The translations under genes and the position numbers were made by a program. Positions 20,876-50,308 of a stretch of 64,000 nt of DNA are shown piece after piece; position 1 is the first letter of the stretch; every line of letters begins with the position of its first letter. Under the pieces are notes generated by a model, which saw only the letters and a list, made by a program, of their open reading frames with translations, did not search any database and was not told the origin of the DNA. The stretch is from the human T2T-CHM13v2.0 reference genome, Homo sapiens: NCBI RefSeq assembly GCF_009914755.1, contig NC_060933.1, one strand, 5' to 3'.

Positions 20876-20889
20876 CTGCCATCTGGTGG
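20876..20889 (-). promoter_or_regulatory. CTCF core motif CCACCAGATGGCAG
   Basis: Exact match to the CCASYAGRKGGCRS consensus in a non-Alu island. Confidence 0.6.
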
Positions 20890-21141
20890 GCATTAGCAGA
20901 AATACAACAGCCGGAAGCCATCCCAGGGAATGGGAAGAATGGGGTCTTGAGAAGGAAAAAGAACCAGTTAAGGAATGACAGTTTCTTCCAAAAAGCTGGT
21001 CTCATTTGCTGCACAGCTGCCTTCCATTCGGGGGGATACTGGGGGAAGCAGAGACAGCTCCTGCAGCCAGAGACAGGCAGGCCACTCAAGGGTTCCTAGG
21101 AGTAAGAAGGGCCGAATCCTGTGCCCTCCAAGCTGCCTTCA

Positions 21142-21760
<619 letters not shown>

Positions 21761-21952
21761 TTACCATGAACTGGGTCCTGGGGAATGCAATTATTGCCCT
21801 GTGGATAGAACAGTTGGGCAGCTGGGTGTGGTGGCTCATGCCTGTAATCCCAGCAGTTTGGGAGGCCAAGCAGGGAGGATCGCTTGAGCCCAGGAATTCG
21901 CAAACAGCCTGGTCAACAAAGTGAGACCTGTCTCTACAAAAAAATTTTTTTA

Positions 21953-22105
<153 letters not shown>

Positions 22106-22250
22106 TCAAAAAAACAAAACAAAACAAAAAACAGTTTGCATCTATCTCTAAATTCATTTCAAGGGCCAGGAGTGGTGGCTTATACCTGTAATCCCAGCAC
22201 TTTGGGAGGCTGAAACAGGCAGATCGCTGGAGGTCAAGGGTTCAAGACTA

Positions 22251-22535
<285 letters not shown>

Positions 22536-22566
22536 TTACTGGTTCCCTCATGAAATAACGAATTCA

Positions 22567-23100
<534 letters not shown>

Positions 23101-23139
23101 CTACTTAGGAGGCTGAGGTGGAAGGATCACCTGAGCTCA

Positions 23140-23400
<261 letters not shown>

Positions 23401-23534
23401 TCAAAAAAAAAAAGAAAAAAACAAACAAAAAAAGCACCTCGGCCGGGTGCAGTGGCTTACGCCTGTAACCCCAGCACTTTGGGAGGCCGAGGCGGGGGGA
23501 TCACAAGGTCAGGAGATCGAGACCATCCTGGCTA

Positions 23535-23744
<210 letters not shown>

Positions 23745-23827
23745 TCAATTTCTTCTTCTATAAAATGGAGATTATAGTAGACCCTACCTCTCTGGGTTTT
23801 GGGAGGCTGAGTAAGATAACACATGTA

Positions 23828-23878
23828 CAGGCATGTCTCAGAGATAATTCAGGTTTGGTTCCAGACCACTGCAATAGA
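23828..23878 (+). mobile_element. Tigger1 terminal fragment
   Basis: caggcatgtctcagagataattcaggtttggttccagaccactgcaata resembles the Tigger1 end, preceded by TA. Confidence 0.65.
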
Positions 23879-23903
23879 GCCAGGATTTTTTTGTTTTGTT
23901 TGA

Positions 23904-24110
<207 letters not shown>

Positions 24111-24277
24111 TGACCTTAGGTGATCCACCCGCCTTGGCCTCCCAAAGTGCTAGGATTACAAGCATGAGCCACAGCACCCATCCTAGAGCCAGGATTTAAA
24201 CCCAAGGATTTCAGCTCCAGAATCTGTGTCCTAACTGCTATAAGATTCAGCCTCTGGCTGAAGCCTCCAAGAATTGA

Positions 24278-24505
<228 letters not shown>

Positions 24506-24531
24506 TAGCCAAGATGGTCTCGATCTCCTGA

Positions 24532-25717
<1,186 letters not shown>

Positions 25718-26326
25718 TGACCTCGTGATCCGCCCACCTCGGCCTCCCAAAGTGCTGGGATTACAGGCATGAGCCACTGCACCCAGACTTTTTTTTTTTT
25801 TTTTTTTTTTGAGACAGAGTCTCACTCTGTCGCCCAGGCTGGAGTGCATAGTGCAATCTCGGCTCACTGCAACCTCCGCCTCCCATGTTCAAGTTATTCT
25901 CCTGCCTCAGCCTCCCGGGTACCTGGGACTACAGGTGCCTACCACGCCCAGCTGATTTTTGTATTTTTAGTAGAGACAAAGTTTCACCATGTTGGCCAGG
26001 CTGGTCTCGAACTCCTGGCCTCAAGTGATCTGCCTCAATATGCTGGGATTACAGGTGTGAGTCGTTACTCCCAGCCATTATTATTCCTTTTTTTACAGAT
26101 GAGAAAATGAAGTCTTGGTGACATAAAACCAGGGGCCCAAGGCTGCTAGGGAACCAGCCCTATTCGACTCTAGCATCCATGTTCTGAATCACAGTATAGT
26201 GAGGTGTCCAAGAAATTCCATGTTTGCATCTTTGGGGTGTGCTTCCAGGCACTTGAAGTTCTGGCTCACTGTCTGTGCCTCAGTGGACAAGTCTGAGAAG
26301 CCCCCAGGGTGTCTGTAACCCTGTGA

Positions 26327-26512
<186 letters not shown>

Positions 26513-26648
26513 TAGAGCTGGGGAGGAGCCATGGTGAGGGTAGGCTGGACCTGGGAATCTGCCCCCTGGGCTGGAAGCATGCTGAAGCCAGCTGCCCATG
26601 GAAGGCTGGACACCAGTTCTCTGCCTTTATCTGTTCTTTGTGCCACAG

Positions 26649-26696
26649 GAAATTTCCTGGTCCCTCCGGAGAAATCCATCAACAAAATTGGCCACG
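26649..26696 (+). CDS. PHYHD1: PHYHD1 coding exon 4 (GNFLVPPEKSINKIGH)
   Basis: AG/GT boundaries; INKIGHALH motif spans the junction. Confidence 0.95.
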
Positions 26697-26739
26697 GTGA
26701 GCAGGGGCTTGGGGGTACAGGAAAGAAGATCGGGGAACA

Positions 26740-28579
<1,840 letters not shown>

Positions 28580-29087
28580 TCAGTGGTATTAAATGCATTC
28601 AATCTTATGTTTATGACAATGAGGGACTATCCCATGCCAGGCCCTGGGCTGTCCCTGCACATTCATTAGCCCATCGAGTCCCACACCAGTCCTGCCTCCC
28701 AGGTTCTTCTAATCCTCATTTGACAGAAGAGGAAACTGAGGCTTACAGGAGAGAAATGGTTACCCGAGGCCACACAGAGCAAATGGTGGTACCGAGATTG
28801 CTCCGCATGATTGGTGCCTTGGAGCCCTTAGTCGTCTGTGAGGGGTGGGGAGTCGGGGCTGGACTGAGCTTCCCAGAAGGTCAAGAATAAGGGCATGGGT
28901 GGCATAGGGCCTGGGGTGGGGGCAAGGCTCCTGTGGAGCCCATTACTCAGTTGTAAACAAGCAGAAGGGTTAATGCCTACAAAGTAAGTGAGAATGTCAA
29001 AGTAAGCCTGAGTGTGGGTGCCCAGAGCTGGGTGTGGAGGGACACGTGGGCCTGAGATGGGGCCGACAGCTTCCTTCTGTCCCATAG

Positions 29088-29143
29088 CTCTGCACGCCCA
29101 CGACCCCGTCTTCAAGAGCATCACACACTCCTTCAAGGTGCAG
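29088..29143 (+). CDS. PHYHD1: PHYHD1 coding exon 5 (ALHAHDPVFKSITHSFKVQ)
   Basis: TAG acceptor, CAG|GTGAGC donor. Confidence 0.95.
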
Positions 29144-29222
29144 GTGAGCAGAGGTGGGGGTGAGGGCCAGGAGGGTGGGCCATGTGTGGCAGGCTGGCAG
29201 CATGACCTTTGCCCCCCTCCAG

Positions 29223-29285
29223 ACCTTGGCCAGAAGTCTGGGCCTCCAGATGCCCGTGGTGGTGCAGAGCATGTACATCTTTAAG
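29223..29285 (+). CDS. PHYHD1: PHYHD1 coding exon 6 (TLARSLGLQMPVVVQSMYIFK; 63 nt, frame-preserving if skipped)
   Basis: 79-nt upstream intron; AAG|GTGAGC donor. Confidence 0.95.
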
Positions 29286-29472
29286 GTGAGCTCCTTGTCC
29301 TTGCCTCAGTTTACCATCTGTAAAATGGGCAGACTGCTCATACCAAGCCCTTCCTTACAATGGGCCAAAAGTTGCTGGAATTATTATGTTGGTGGGAGAA
29401 CATGGAAAATCGGTCTCCTCTGGCTAAAGCACCTGGAACTTAGTTGATCCTCAGTTAAAATTTGGTGGTAGG

Positions 29473-29765
29473 GGCCGGGCGTGGTGGCTCATGCCTGTAA
29501 TCCCAGCACTTTGGGAGGCCGAAGCGGGCAGATCACCTGAAGTCAGGAGTTCGAGATCAGCCTGGCCAACATGGAGAAACCCCATCTCTACTAAAAATAC
29601 AAAAATTAGCCGGGCGTGATGGCACACACCTGTAGTCCCAGCTACTCGGGAGGCTGAGGCAGGATAATTGCTTGAACCCAGGAGGTGGAGGTTACAGTGA
29701 GTGGAGATCACGCCAATGTACTCTAGCCTGGGGGATAGAGCAAGGCTCCGTCTCAAAAAAAAGAA
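29473..29765 (+). mobile_element. AluS, with a 16-bp target-site duplication aaaatttggtggtagg (29457-29472, 29919-29934)
   Basis: Full dimer; the duplication brackets both this Alu and the BC200-like copy. Confidence 0.9.
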
Positions 29766-29771
29766 AAATTT

Positions 29772-29922
29772 GGCCAGGCGCAGTGGCTCACGCTTGTAAT
29801 CCCAGCTCTCAGGGAGGCAGAGGTGGGAGGGTAGCTTGAACCCAGGAGTTTGAGACCTGCCTGGGCAATATAGCGAGACCCCATTCTCCACAAAAAGGAA
29901 TAAAAAAAAAAAGAAAAAAAAA
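29772..29922 (+). pseudogene. BC200 (BCYRN1) RNA retropseudogene, 3' unique domain absent
   Basis: Monomer with BC200-type residues: cagctctcagggagg, tagcttga, gagacctgcctgggcaatatagcgagacccc.ttctcca.aaaaaggaa, then an A tail. Compared with the BC200 sequence from memory. Confidence 0.85.
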
Positions 29923-30396
29923 TTTGGTGGTAGGAGGGAGGGTCATCCCCAGGCCTCCCTCGGCCTTCCTCCTCCCTTCTTTGGCAATTGAAATGCTGTG
30001 CTCCCAGCTTTCAAGGGCCAGCTCAGTGCCACCTCTTCTAAGAAGCCTTCCAGAACCCCTGAGGAAAGAAGGACCCATCTGACTCTGGGGCTGGAAGGCT
30101 CAACTGCTGGCCTGTGTCCTAGCCTCTCCCTCCAGTCCTTGCCCTGCTCTGCTCTGTGATCTTGTTAGGCATGTGTGTGCTTGCACATGCTAGGAGCTTG
30201 TTGGGCAAGGGTGGGGGTTTTCTCTTTGCATCCCTCCTGGGGCTGGCATATGGTAGGTGCTCAGTAGCTGGGTGTTGATGTGGAATCCTGAGAGGAAAAT
30301 GCCTGTGGCCAGAGCAATAGCATCCTGGGAGTCTCAGCAAGCCCAGCTCCTCTCTGCTCTCTTCTGTCCTCACCAGGCTTTTCCTCTCTCTTGCAG

Positions 30397-30418
30397 CAAC
30401 CTCACTTTGGCGGTGAAG
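30397..30418 (+). CDS. PHYHD1: PHYHD1 coding exon 7, 22-nt microexon (QPHFGGE)
   Basis: Long pyrimidine tract + CAG; AAG|GTGAGC donor; needed to give K-QP..GGEV.PHQD and keep the oxygenase frame. Confidence 0.93.
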
Positions 30419-30664
30419 GTGAGCTGAGAGCTGTGGGCCCCTGAAAAGGCCATGGGTGGGACATCTAAGACAGCAATGGTTCTCAGATCTTCAGAAGGAG
30501 GGAAAGCGCTTGCTCCTGTCTGTTGTAGGAGCCTGGCCCGGAGAGGAGGAGCCACCTTCCATTCCTTCCTCTGATAGTGGATTGGTAGGGAAACCTTGCG
30601 TCCTTGGCATAGTGGGTCCTGAGCCTGCCAGCAACCCCAGCTGGTTAAAAATATAGATTTCCTA

Positions 30665-31426
<762 letters not shown>

Positions 31427-31748
31427 TAAGAAGGGTGGCTTGAGTTATCTCACTGGAATTAAACAGTAGTGCTACTTTATATCAAGCAGTTACATTGTTG
31501 GGCCCTAAGCACTTTTCATACATCATCTCATAGAATCCTCCAGCACCCTGTGAGGTAGGTTGTTGTTGGAGCCACTTCACGGTTTAGGAAATTGAGGCTT
31601 TGAGAGGTGAAATCGCTTGCCTTAGAGTCCTGGGCCAGGAAGTGATGAGATTCTAACTGATCATGGGAAGGCTGGCCCTGGAGAGCACCCAGAGGACTGA
31701 GGAATAGGTAATGAGGCCAAGGTGAGGTGGAAACAGGCAAAAGGATGA

Positions 31749-32411
<663 letters not shown>

Positions 32412-32824
32412 TGAGATGATAAATATGTTGATATAGAGTCTGCCTAGTGCATAGCCACTGCTCAACAAATGTTGGCTGTTGGGCGGCCCTTTTTCTTATG
32501 AAAAGGGAAAACCAATGTCTAACTCAGCATCACCGGAGAGGTCCCAGTGGACTGGCACAGGACAGAGGGCTTCTGCCTGATCCTGCAAAGACCTCGGGAG
32601 GGGAGGCCCTTCCTAAGGCTTGCCAAGGCCACAGTCCACAGCAGAGGGGACTTGATCCCAGAGGAACATGCATCTCAATAGCTTAGCTTTTGTCCCTGAG
32701 GGAGGCTGCAGATGCCTGAGCTTTCAGGGAAGGGAATGGGGATGGATGGGGGCCACAAAACCACTGGAAGGAGGAGGGCCCATGTCCCTTCCTGCTCTGG
32801 GGAGGGGGGATGTGGGGCTGGTAG

Positions 32825-32980
<156 letters not shown>

Positions 32981-33075
32981 TAGGTGACAGGGTGGGTGTG
33001 TGTGCCCGACAGTCCCCTGGAGGCTGGGAACAGTGACCCTGCACCTCAAGGTTGTTTCTCCTCTATCCTCTGCAG

Positions 33076-33121
33076 GCTCCAGCCAACAGCTGAACTGCCC
33101 TTTCCCCAACTGTACACCTAA
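33076..33121 (+). CDS. PHYHD1: PHYHD1 last coding exon (WLQPTAELPFPQLYT*)
   Basis: CAG acceptor; TAA at 33119-33121. Confidence 0.95.
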
Positions 33122-33423
33122 AGGCTCTCGCAGGGCAGGAGCCCTCGCCCCTCCCGGGTGAAGCTGTGGGCTGTAAACACCAGTGCCTTGCTCAGCCTCC
33201 TGGTTGCAACAGGGAGGTCTTGTCTCCCCTCCTGGGCTTTCCTCCTGCCCTGTGGGCAGCAGCCTAGGCTGGGTCAGGGGCTTCCCTAAGATCTTCACCT
33301 CTCTGCCTCCCTACTGCCCCAACATAGCCTTGAGGAGGCTTCTCAGCCACCAAAGGGTTCTGGCCCCTTCTCACTCTCCTCTCCTCTCAGATGGAACTCT
33401 GGTTATTATGGTGTTAGTTATCG

Positions 33424-33429
33424 AATAAA
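33424..33429 (+). terminator. PHYHD1 polyadenylation signal AATAAA
   Basis: First canonical hexamer, about 300 nt after the stop. Confidence 0.85.
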
Positions 33430-33509
33430 AACGACTTCAGAATGCAGCTTCCCTACTGAGCCTTCTTTCCCAAGCAGCATTGCTTTCCAGAGAAGAAAAC
33501 TGCTTTCCA

Positions 33510-33951
<442 letters not shown>

Positions 33952-34369
33952 TCATGGAATCCTCACTCGGAGAGGTAAGTGCCATTATCTGTACTTACAG
34001 AAGACGACGCTGAGCCAAGGAGGGGGTAAATGACCTGCCCAAGTCACGTGGCTGCTCGGTTGTTCAGCAGGGTCAGCCTCATGCAGAGCCCGTGCTCCTA
34101 ACCTTGACACTGCCTCGTCTTCTCTTCTTGGGGAGCAGAGATGCCCAGAGCTAGGAATCCAGAGTTCCAGGTTCTGGTCCTGGCTCTGTGAGCAACTTGC
34201 TCTCTGGTCTCAGGCCAGGGCCTTTCCTTCCTCTGGGCCTGTTTCCTCCCATGTCCAGTAAGGGGGCCAGACTAGGGCCTTCAGGGGCCCTTCCTGTTTG
34301 GGCATGCTTGGCAGGCACTCAGACCTTCAGAACAACTGCCAAATCTAAAACCTTAGCTGAGGTTTGGCC

Positions 34370-34944
34370 CAGAGGCTACAAACTGGGGAACACAGGCTGA
34401 TTCTAGCCCACAGACGCATTTTGTCTGGGCCTCAGCATTTTTTTTTTTTTTTTGAGACAGAGTCTCGCTCTGTCACCCAGGCTGGAGTGCAGTGGCAAGA
34501 TCTCAGCTCATTGCGACCTCCGCCTCCCGGGTTCAAGCAATTCTCTCCCTCAGTATCCAGAGTAGCTGGGATTACAGGCGCCTGCCACCACACCCGGCTA
34601 ATTTTTGTATTTTTAGTAGAGACAGGGTTTCACCATCTTTGCCAGGCTGGTCTTGAACTCCTGACCTAGTGATCCACCCGCCTTGGCCTCCCATAGTGCT
34701 GGGATTACAGGCGTGAGCCACCGCGCCTGGCCAGGCCTCAGCATTTAAGAAAAAACTTGAAGATTCCACATAATAATCCAGGTTCCTAAGCTTCCTCGAA
34801 TGAGCATGCAATTGACAACACGGGGCCTACACTCTAGCATGGTGGCTACTGGCTGGAGCTCCCTTAGAGGCTCAGTGTGGTCCCCTGTTGTCATTCACTG
34901 CGTTACCTGATTGGCCTTGGCAGTCATTTGAGTTTGTGACCCTG
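34370..34944 (+). mobile_element. MER102-like hAT-Charlie element interrupted by an antisense Alu (about 34437-34732; TSD ggcctcagcattt)
   Basis: Terminal inverted repeat-like ends cagaggctacaaact / agtttgtgaccctg; internal gattccacataataatcc and ggctggagct motifs. Family assigned from memory. Confidence 0.65.
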
Positions 34945-36084
34945 ATGTAGCCTATCCCCCAACTATATACATGGACAACCCAAGGCCCAGAGGATAGAGC
35001 CCTTTCCCAAGGCCACCCTGGGAGTCCGTGGGGCAAAGCTGGTGCTCTTTCACCAACATTTTGCTGCTTCCTTTTGCAAGCAATAGGAGGGAGCCTAAGA
35101 GAAGGGAAGCGTCTCCATTGAGTCCCAAAGAAATGTCTCAATACTCTCCTCTGAGGGAAAGGACATGGCAGTGATTCTCAAGCAGAAGCTTCGCTCCCTG
35201 GAGCTCTGCTCCCGGCTTCTGGCCTTGGTGGACCAAAGCTCTCACCTCCTCTGATGTCCTCCCAAGCTTGGGGAGAAAGGGAGAACCTTGTCCAGCCTCA
35301 GGAATCTTGCTGTGCTATCTTCCTAGTGACGGAAAATGTTTATCCATTCACTATCTGTGTAGTGTACAATTCTGGGAGGGACACAGTGCAGATGGACTCC
35401 CAAATCTACTGATTTCCTGCTCCTTGTCAGTGCCCTGTGCTAGCCTTGGGGGATGGGGTGGGGAGTGAGGCAGTGCCGGAGCCTGTCTTCCCAGCCAGAG
35501 AGCAAGGCTGCAGCGTGGGCCCCTCATACAGTCATTTTACCTCTCAGGAAACTCCCCCAGCCCCTGTGGATCTTTCCTACCTTAGGAAAAGACAAACACA
35601 GGTTTGGATAGGATTAGAACATGGAAAGGTCTTAAGAAGGGCCCCTTGATGAGGTCCTGGTGCTGTTCAGCCCATCTTTCTCTATGGACACCACTCAGTG
35701 GGACACCAGAGGCGGGGTGGGGTTGGCTAAAACAAGATCCAGCCCAAGCAGGATCTGATCCTCCCTCAACCCTGCCAAAGTTGACCCACCTCTCCCTTCA
35801 GTAATTCCTAGCCCTCTGCTCTTTCCCTCAGGAGTTCTCCACCTCCAAGTGAAGCCAGGAGAGCAAAGGTCACTCTGGTTTCCAAGTGGTTTGCCCAGCT
35901 TTTCGGCTTTTCACTAAGATGAGGACTGGTCTTTGGTAAAAATGACTCCCTTTCTGACTGCTTATCAAGGGTGGGCTCTAGGCTGGACCCTCACAACACC
36001 CCGCGAGGTGTGGGCTGTCATTACTCCCATCTGCAAGAGAATTGAGGTTCAGCCTGGCTAAGTGACTCACCCAAGGTCACAAAG

Positions 36085-36960
<876 letters not shown>

Positions 36961-37095
36961 TTAAATCTGAATCAACTGAAAAATCAAATCTGCTTTTCAC
37001 ACCTTGGCTCTTCATGCCCAAGTAGCTGTCTGCTGTGGGGACTGTTCACCCTCCCCATGTCTGTTTCCTCCGTCACTGCTGCTGCACTGTAACAG

Positions 37096-39700
<2,605 letters not shown>

Positions 39701-39967
39701 TCTTGCACTGAATCAAGTCAGCCAGCATGTCCAAATCCTCCAAGAGATTTCAGGGATTGAACTAGGCTTTAGGGACAAGAAGATGAAATATTATATACGA
39801 AAACTACAATTCTGACAAAGTGCTTTCTAGCGTCAGACCCTGGTGGAGCGCTTCCCAGGAGTTATCTCATTCAATTCTCGCAACTCCGAGAGGCGCCTTC
39901 TATTTCACAGATGACTCAGAAGTCCGGCTCAGAGCTAGCCAAGTGATAAAGAGAGCCTTCAAGCTGA

Positions 39968-44253
<4,286 letters not shown>

Positions 44254-44959
44254 GTATGGCAGTTCCGGGTGTCTGGTTAAAGTAATTGTCCTAAGGAAGC
44301 TGACATGGATAAAACCATCCTTCTATGTGCTTTGATGATATTGTAGGGTTATGTATACCAGAGATAATACAATTTAGTTTACCAGTGGAAAACAGTAGGG
44401 TACATTTGTTTTTTTGTTGACCGAAAGAAAAGGAAATTCCTTCTAGAAATACAGTATTGTAGAATATAATTATGACCTATGTGTGGGGATGAGAATTTAT
44501 TAAACATTCAACGAATTTTCTAATATTTATTCAGAGTCCACAGTGTCTGTGTGAGTACTAATTGGTGGGAGATAGCAGTGAAGGATGATGCTAACAACTG
44601 ACACTTGTGTAGTGTTAACTATGTAACAATTAATACTCTAAGCACCTGACTTATCAAAAGTTATTTAATCCCCACAACACCCCTTTGAGATAGTTACTAC
44701 TTTTATTCTTTGGGTGAATATATAGATCTTTTTATTGGGTAGTGGAAAACATAGTAATAAAATATAAAGTAGTTGCAAATAAAGAGAATGCAGCTTGTAG
44801 GGCTGGGCTTATTTGATCTTGATTCCTAGTCCAGATCTCATTCTATTATGCGTTATAGTCTAAGTCACCCTCATTTCCCTTCTACTTTTGTACTGCTTTT
44901 GAATGTATTACATCTTTACCTTCCATTTTCATTCTCTTAGGTTAACGATGAACTTTTCC

Positions 44960-47330
<2,371 letters not shown>

Positions 47331-47590
47331 AGACCTGGTTTTAAATTTTAGCAACTGTTTATGAGCTGTGGGATTTTTGGTAAGTTATTTACCCTTTCTA
47401 AGTGCTGGCAATTCCATTTGTAAAAGGAGAATAGTAATATTTGCCTTTTAGGGCAGTAGTAAGGATCAAAAATAATGTAACTTAATGTGTTTACAAATAA
47501 CATTGTTATAACTGTAATTTAACCACTTTTTTTTTGTTTTGTTTTGTTAGGCATAACCAGTTCTGCGTTATGAAGTTTGTAGAGGTGAAT

Positions 47591-47592
<2 letters not shown>

Positions 47593-47627
<35 letters not shown>

Positions 47628-47648
47628 TGTGTGTGTTTGTGTGTGTGT
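47593..47648 (+). repeat. (GT)n microsatellite, interrupted
   Basis: About 15 pure GT units, then gcgc and further GT units. Confidence 0.97.
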
Positions 47649-47763
47649 TTATAGGCATCTGAAGGGCAGAAAATAGTCTGTAGGAAAAATATTTTAAAAT
47701 ATTTTTATTTTAAACTCAGTGGGCTATTGAGAATGAAGAAATGATTCACTGTTCTTTTTGTAG

Positions 47764-47848
47764 TCCAAGTTCAGCTGAAAAAGTGAAAGCTAATAAAGAT
47801 GTAGCTTCACCATTGAAGGAACTGGGTTTAAGAATCAGCAAGTTTTTG
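47764..47848 (+). CDS. NUP188: NUP188 exon 4 (SPSSAEKVKANKDVASPLKELGLRISKFL)
   Basis: TAG acceptor; TTG|GTGAGT donor; frame-consistent. Confidence 0.94.
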
Positions 47849-48365
47849 GTGAGTAAAAATTAGCACTCGCTCAATTTATTACTTGCAGTGTGGATGTGCG
47901 TGGTTATATTGCTAGTGATAGTGAAAATTCAGTTTCTTTTTGTTTTGGGGATTAAATTGTTTTATAAATACCCAGGTTGCAACTCTTCTCCCTAAAAGTT
48001 ACAAGTCAAAGTTGCCTGATCCATTCACTGCATATCATAGGGTTTTCTTCACCAGACATGTGGTGGTCTTTAAGGTGACTAAGTTTGTCATTTTGGAAGC
48101 TCACATCATGCCTACTGCTGTATTAATGTGCTTAGTGAATAAGCATCGTTGTTTCTGGCATGTACATTTAATTGTAATAAAAATTGTATGTCAGTGACTG
48201 GCTCTTGTCTTCTATTAGAGTCAGAATTGTTATGTTTTATGAATCTTTGAGAAGCATTTTTGTTTATTCAAGTCCTGTGTTCATTGTAGAAGACAAATCT
48301 TTAAATTCTCTGCATCCTGTGTGCGATTTCTGAGCTGTTCCTTACTTAAAATCTCTGTGTTTCAG

Positions 48366-48446
48366 GGTCTTGATGAAGAACAGAGTGTGCAGTTACTCCA
48401 GTGTTACCTGCAAGAGGACTACAGGGGTACTCGGGACTCAGTAAAG
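48366..48446 (+). CDS. NUP188: NUP188 exon 5 (GLDEEQSVQLLQCYLQEDYRGTRDSVK)
   Basis: CAG acceptor; AAG|GTTTGT donor. Confidence 0.94.
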
Positions 48447-48570
48447 GTTTGTGGTTTATGTCAGCTCCTTTCTTCTGCCTTTATCCTTTTTCCCTGTTGG
48501 TTTTAGATAATGTAGGATTTTGGCACCAATTCTTTTATCGGTGGTAGGTGATCAGGTACCGTCATCTTCA

Positions 48571-49176
<606 letters not shown>

Positions 49177-49423
49177 CAGGATTTGGTAGAATTTCTAGCC
49201 TGCCCAGCCCCTCATTTTACATAAGAGGATTGAGGCCAGAGGAGAAGGGGAGGGATTTGAGCACAGGTTTGGGTACATTTGGGTAAAAAGTAAGGTGGAA
49301 AGTATATGTAGAAACAAATGTGCAATTATAATCTTGAAGGATGAAGTGAAGGTATCTATCTTTTTTTATTACTTGAGTTTTGCCTAAAAGATGGCCTCTT
49401 AACTGCTCTGTTTTTCTTTTCAG

Positions 49424-49468
49424 ACAGTACTGCAAGATGAGAGGCAGAGCCAGGCCTTAATCCTGAAG
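49424..49468 (+). CDS. NUP188: NUP188 exon 6 (TVLQDERQSQALILK)
   Basis: Strong pyrimidine tract; AAG|GTCAGT donor. Confidence 0.93.
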
Positions 49469-50215
49469 GTCAGTAGTAGTCACCATTTCTATTCTTTGAT
49501 GTAAAATTGAGTGACAGCTTCTTGACCTCATTTTCCTGAGCATTGCTGGCTTTTGACTCTTTGTTGGGTAAGCATGGAGGTCTTTATGAAGAAGCATATT
49601 AACTCATTTATGAAAAGATGCTTTTATCCACTGGACCCAGTAGAGAAGTTTCTCCCAAGGAGATTCTTCAGCTACTGGTGGTGAGAACAAGTTCATGGAT
49701 ATTTTTTCTTTAGGTGTAAGTCCAACAGGATTAATTTGTATTTCTTTATTTCTTTATTCTTCAGTCCCTTTCCAGCAACCTTCTCACTTAGGATCTCGTG
49801 TTAAAATGTAATTTGTGACTTCTGAAGAAGTTTCCTATTTTATATTTAGTGAGAATAAGTACATTAGTTACAAGCAATTAGGACCTATATCAGTGGAATT
49901 TGTTTTTATGTGTTTGGCCTGCCTGTTGATAGCATTGTGTGCTACATGAATGCTCTGAGAAATCATGCTAGAAAACATTTTTGGAAACTTGTGTATATTG
50001 TTAAACAATTAATTCCTTTCATCCTGTATATTCTGGTTTATGAATGTCTTTTCCTTTATTTTGGCCTAATTCAGTATGTTTGCATTTCTGTGATTCCTTA
50101 TTTATATAAATTGAACTTTTCCATCCACATCTTTAAGTGAAATTATCACTAAATTTAAACTTGAGTTTCCTATGTGCAAAGGTGAGTAACTGATTTTGAA
50201 TTTTGGGTTCCTCAG

Positions 50216-50308
50216 ATTGCAGATTATTATTATGAAGAAAGAACCTGTATTCTTCGTTGTGTCTTACACCTTCTCACTTACTTCCAAGATGAAAGACACC
50301 CCTATAGG
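50216..50308 (+). CDS. NUP188: NUP188 exon 7 (IADYYYEERTCILRCVLHLLTYFQDERHPYR)
   Basis: CAG acceptor; AGG|GTAAGC donor. Confidence 0.94.

Noticed and set aside
34042-34052. E-box GTCACGTGGC downstream of PHYHD1
   Set aside because: Lies in a MIR-like core and has no surrounding promoter context.
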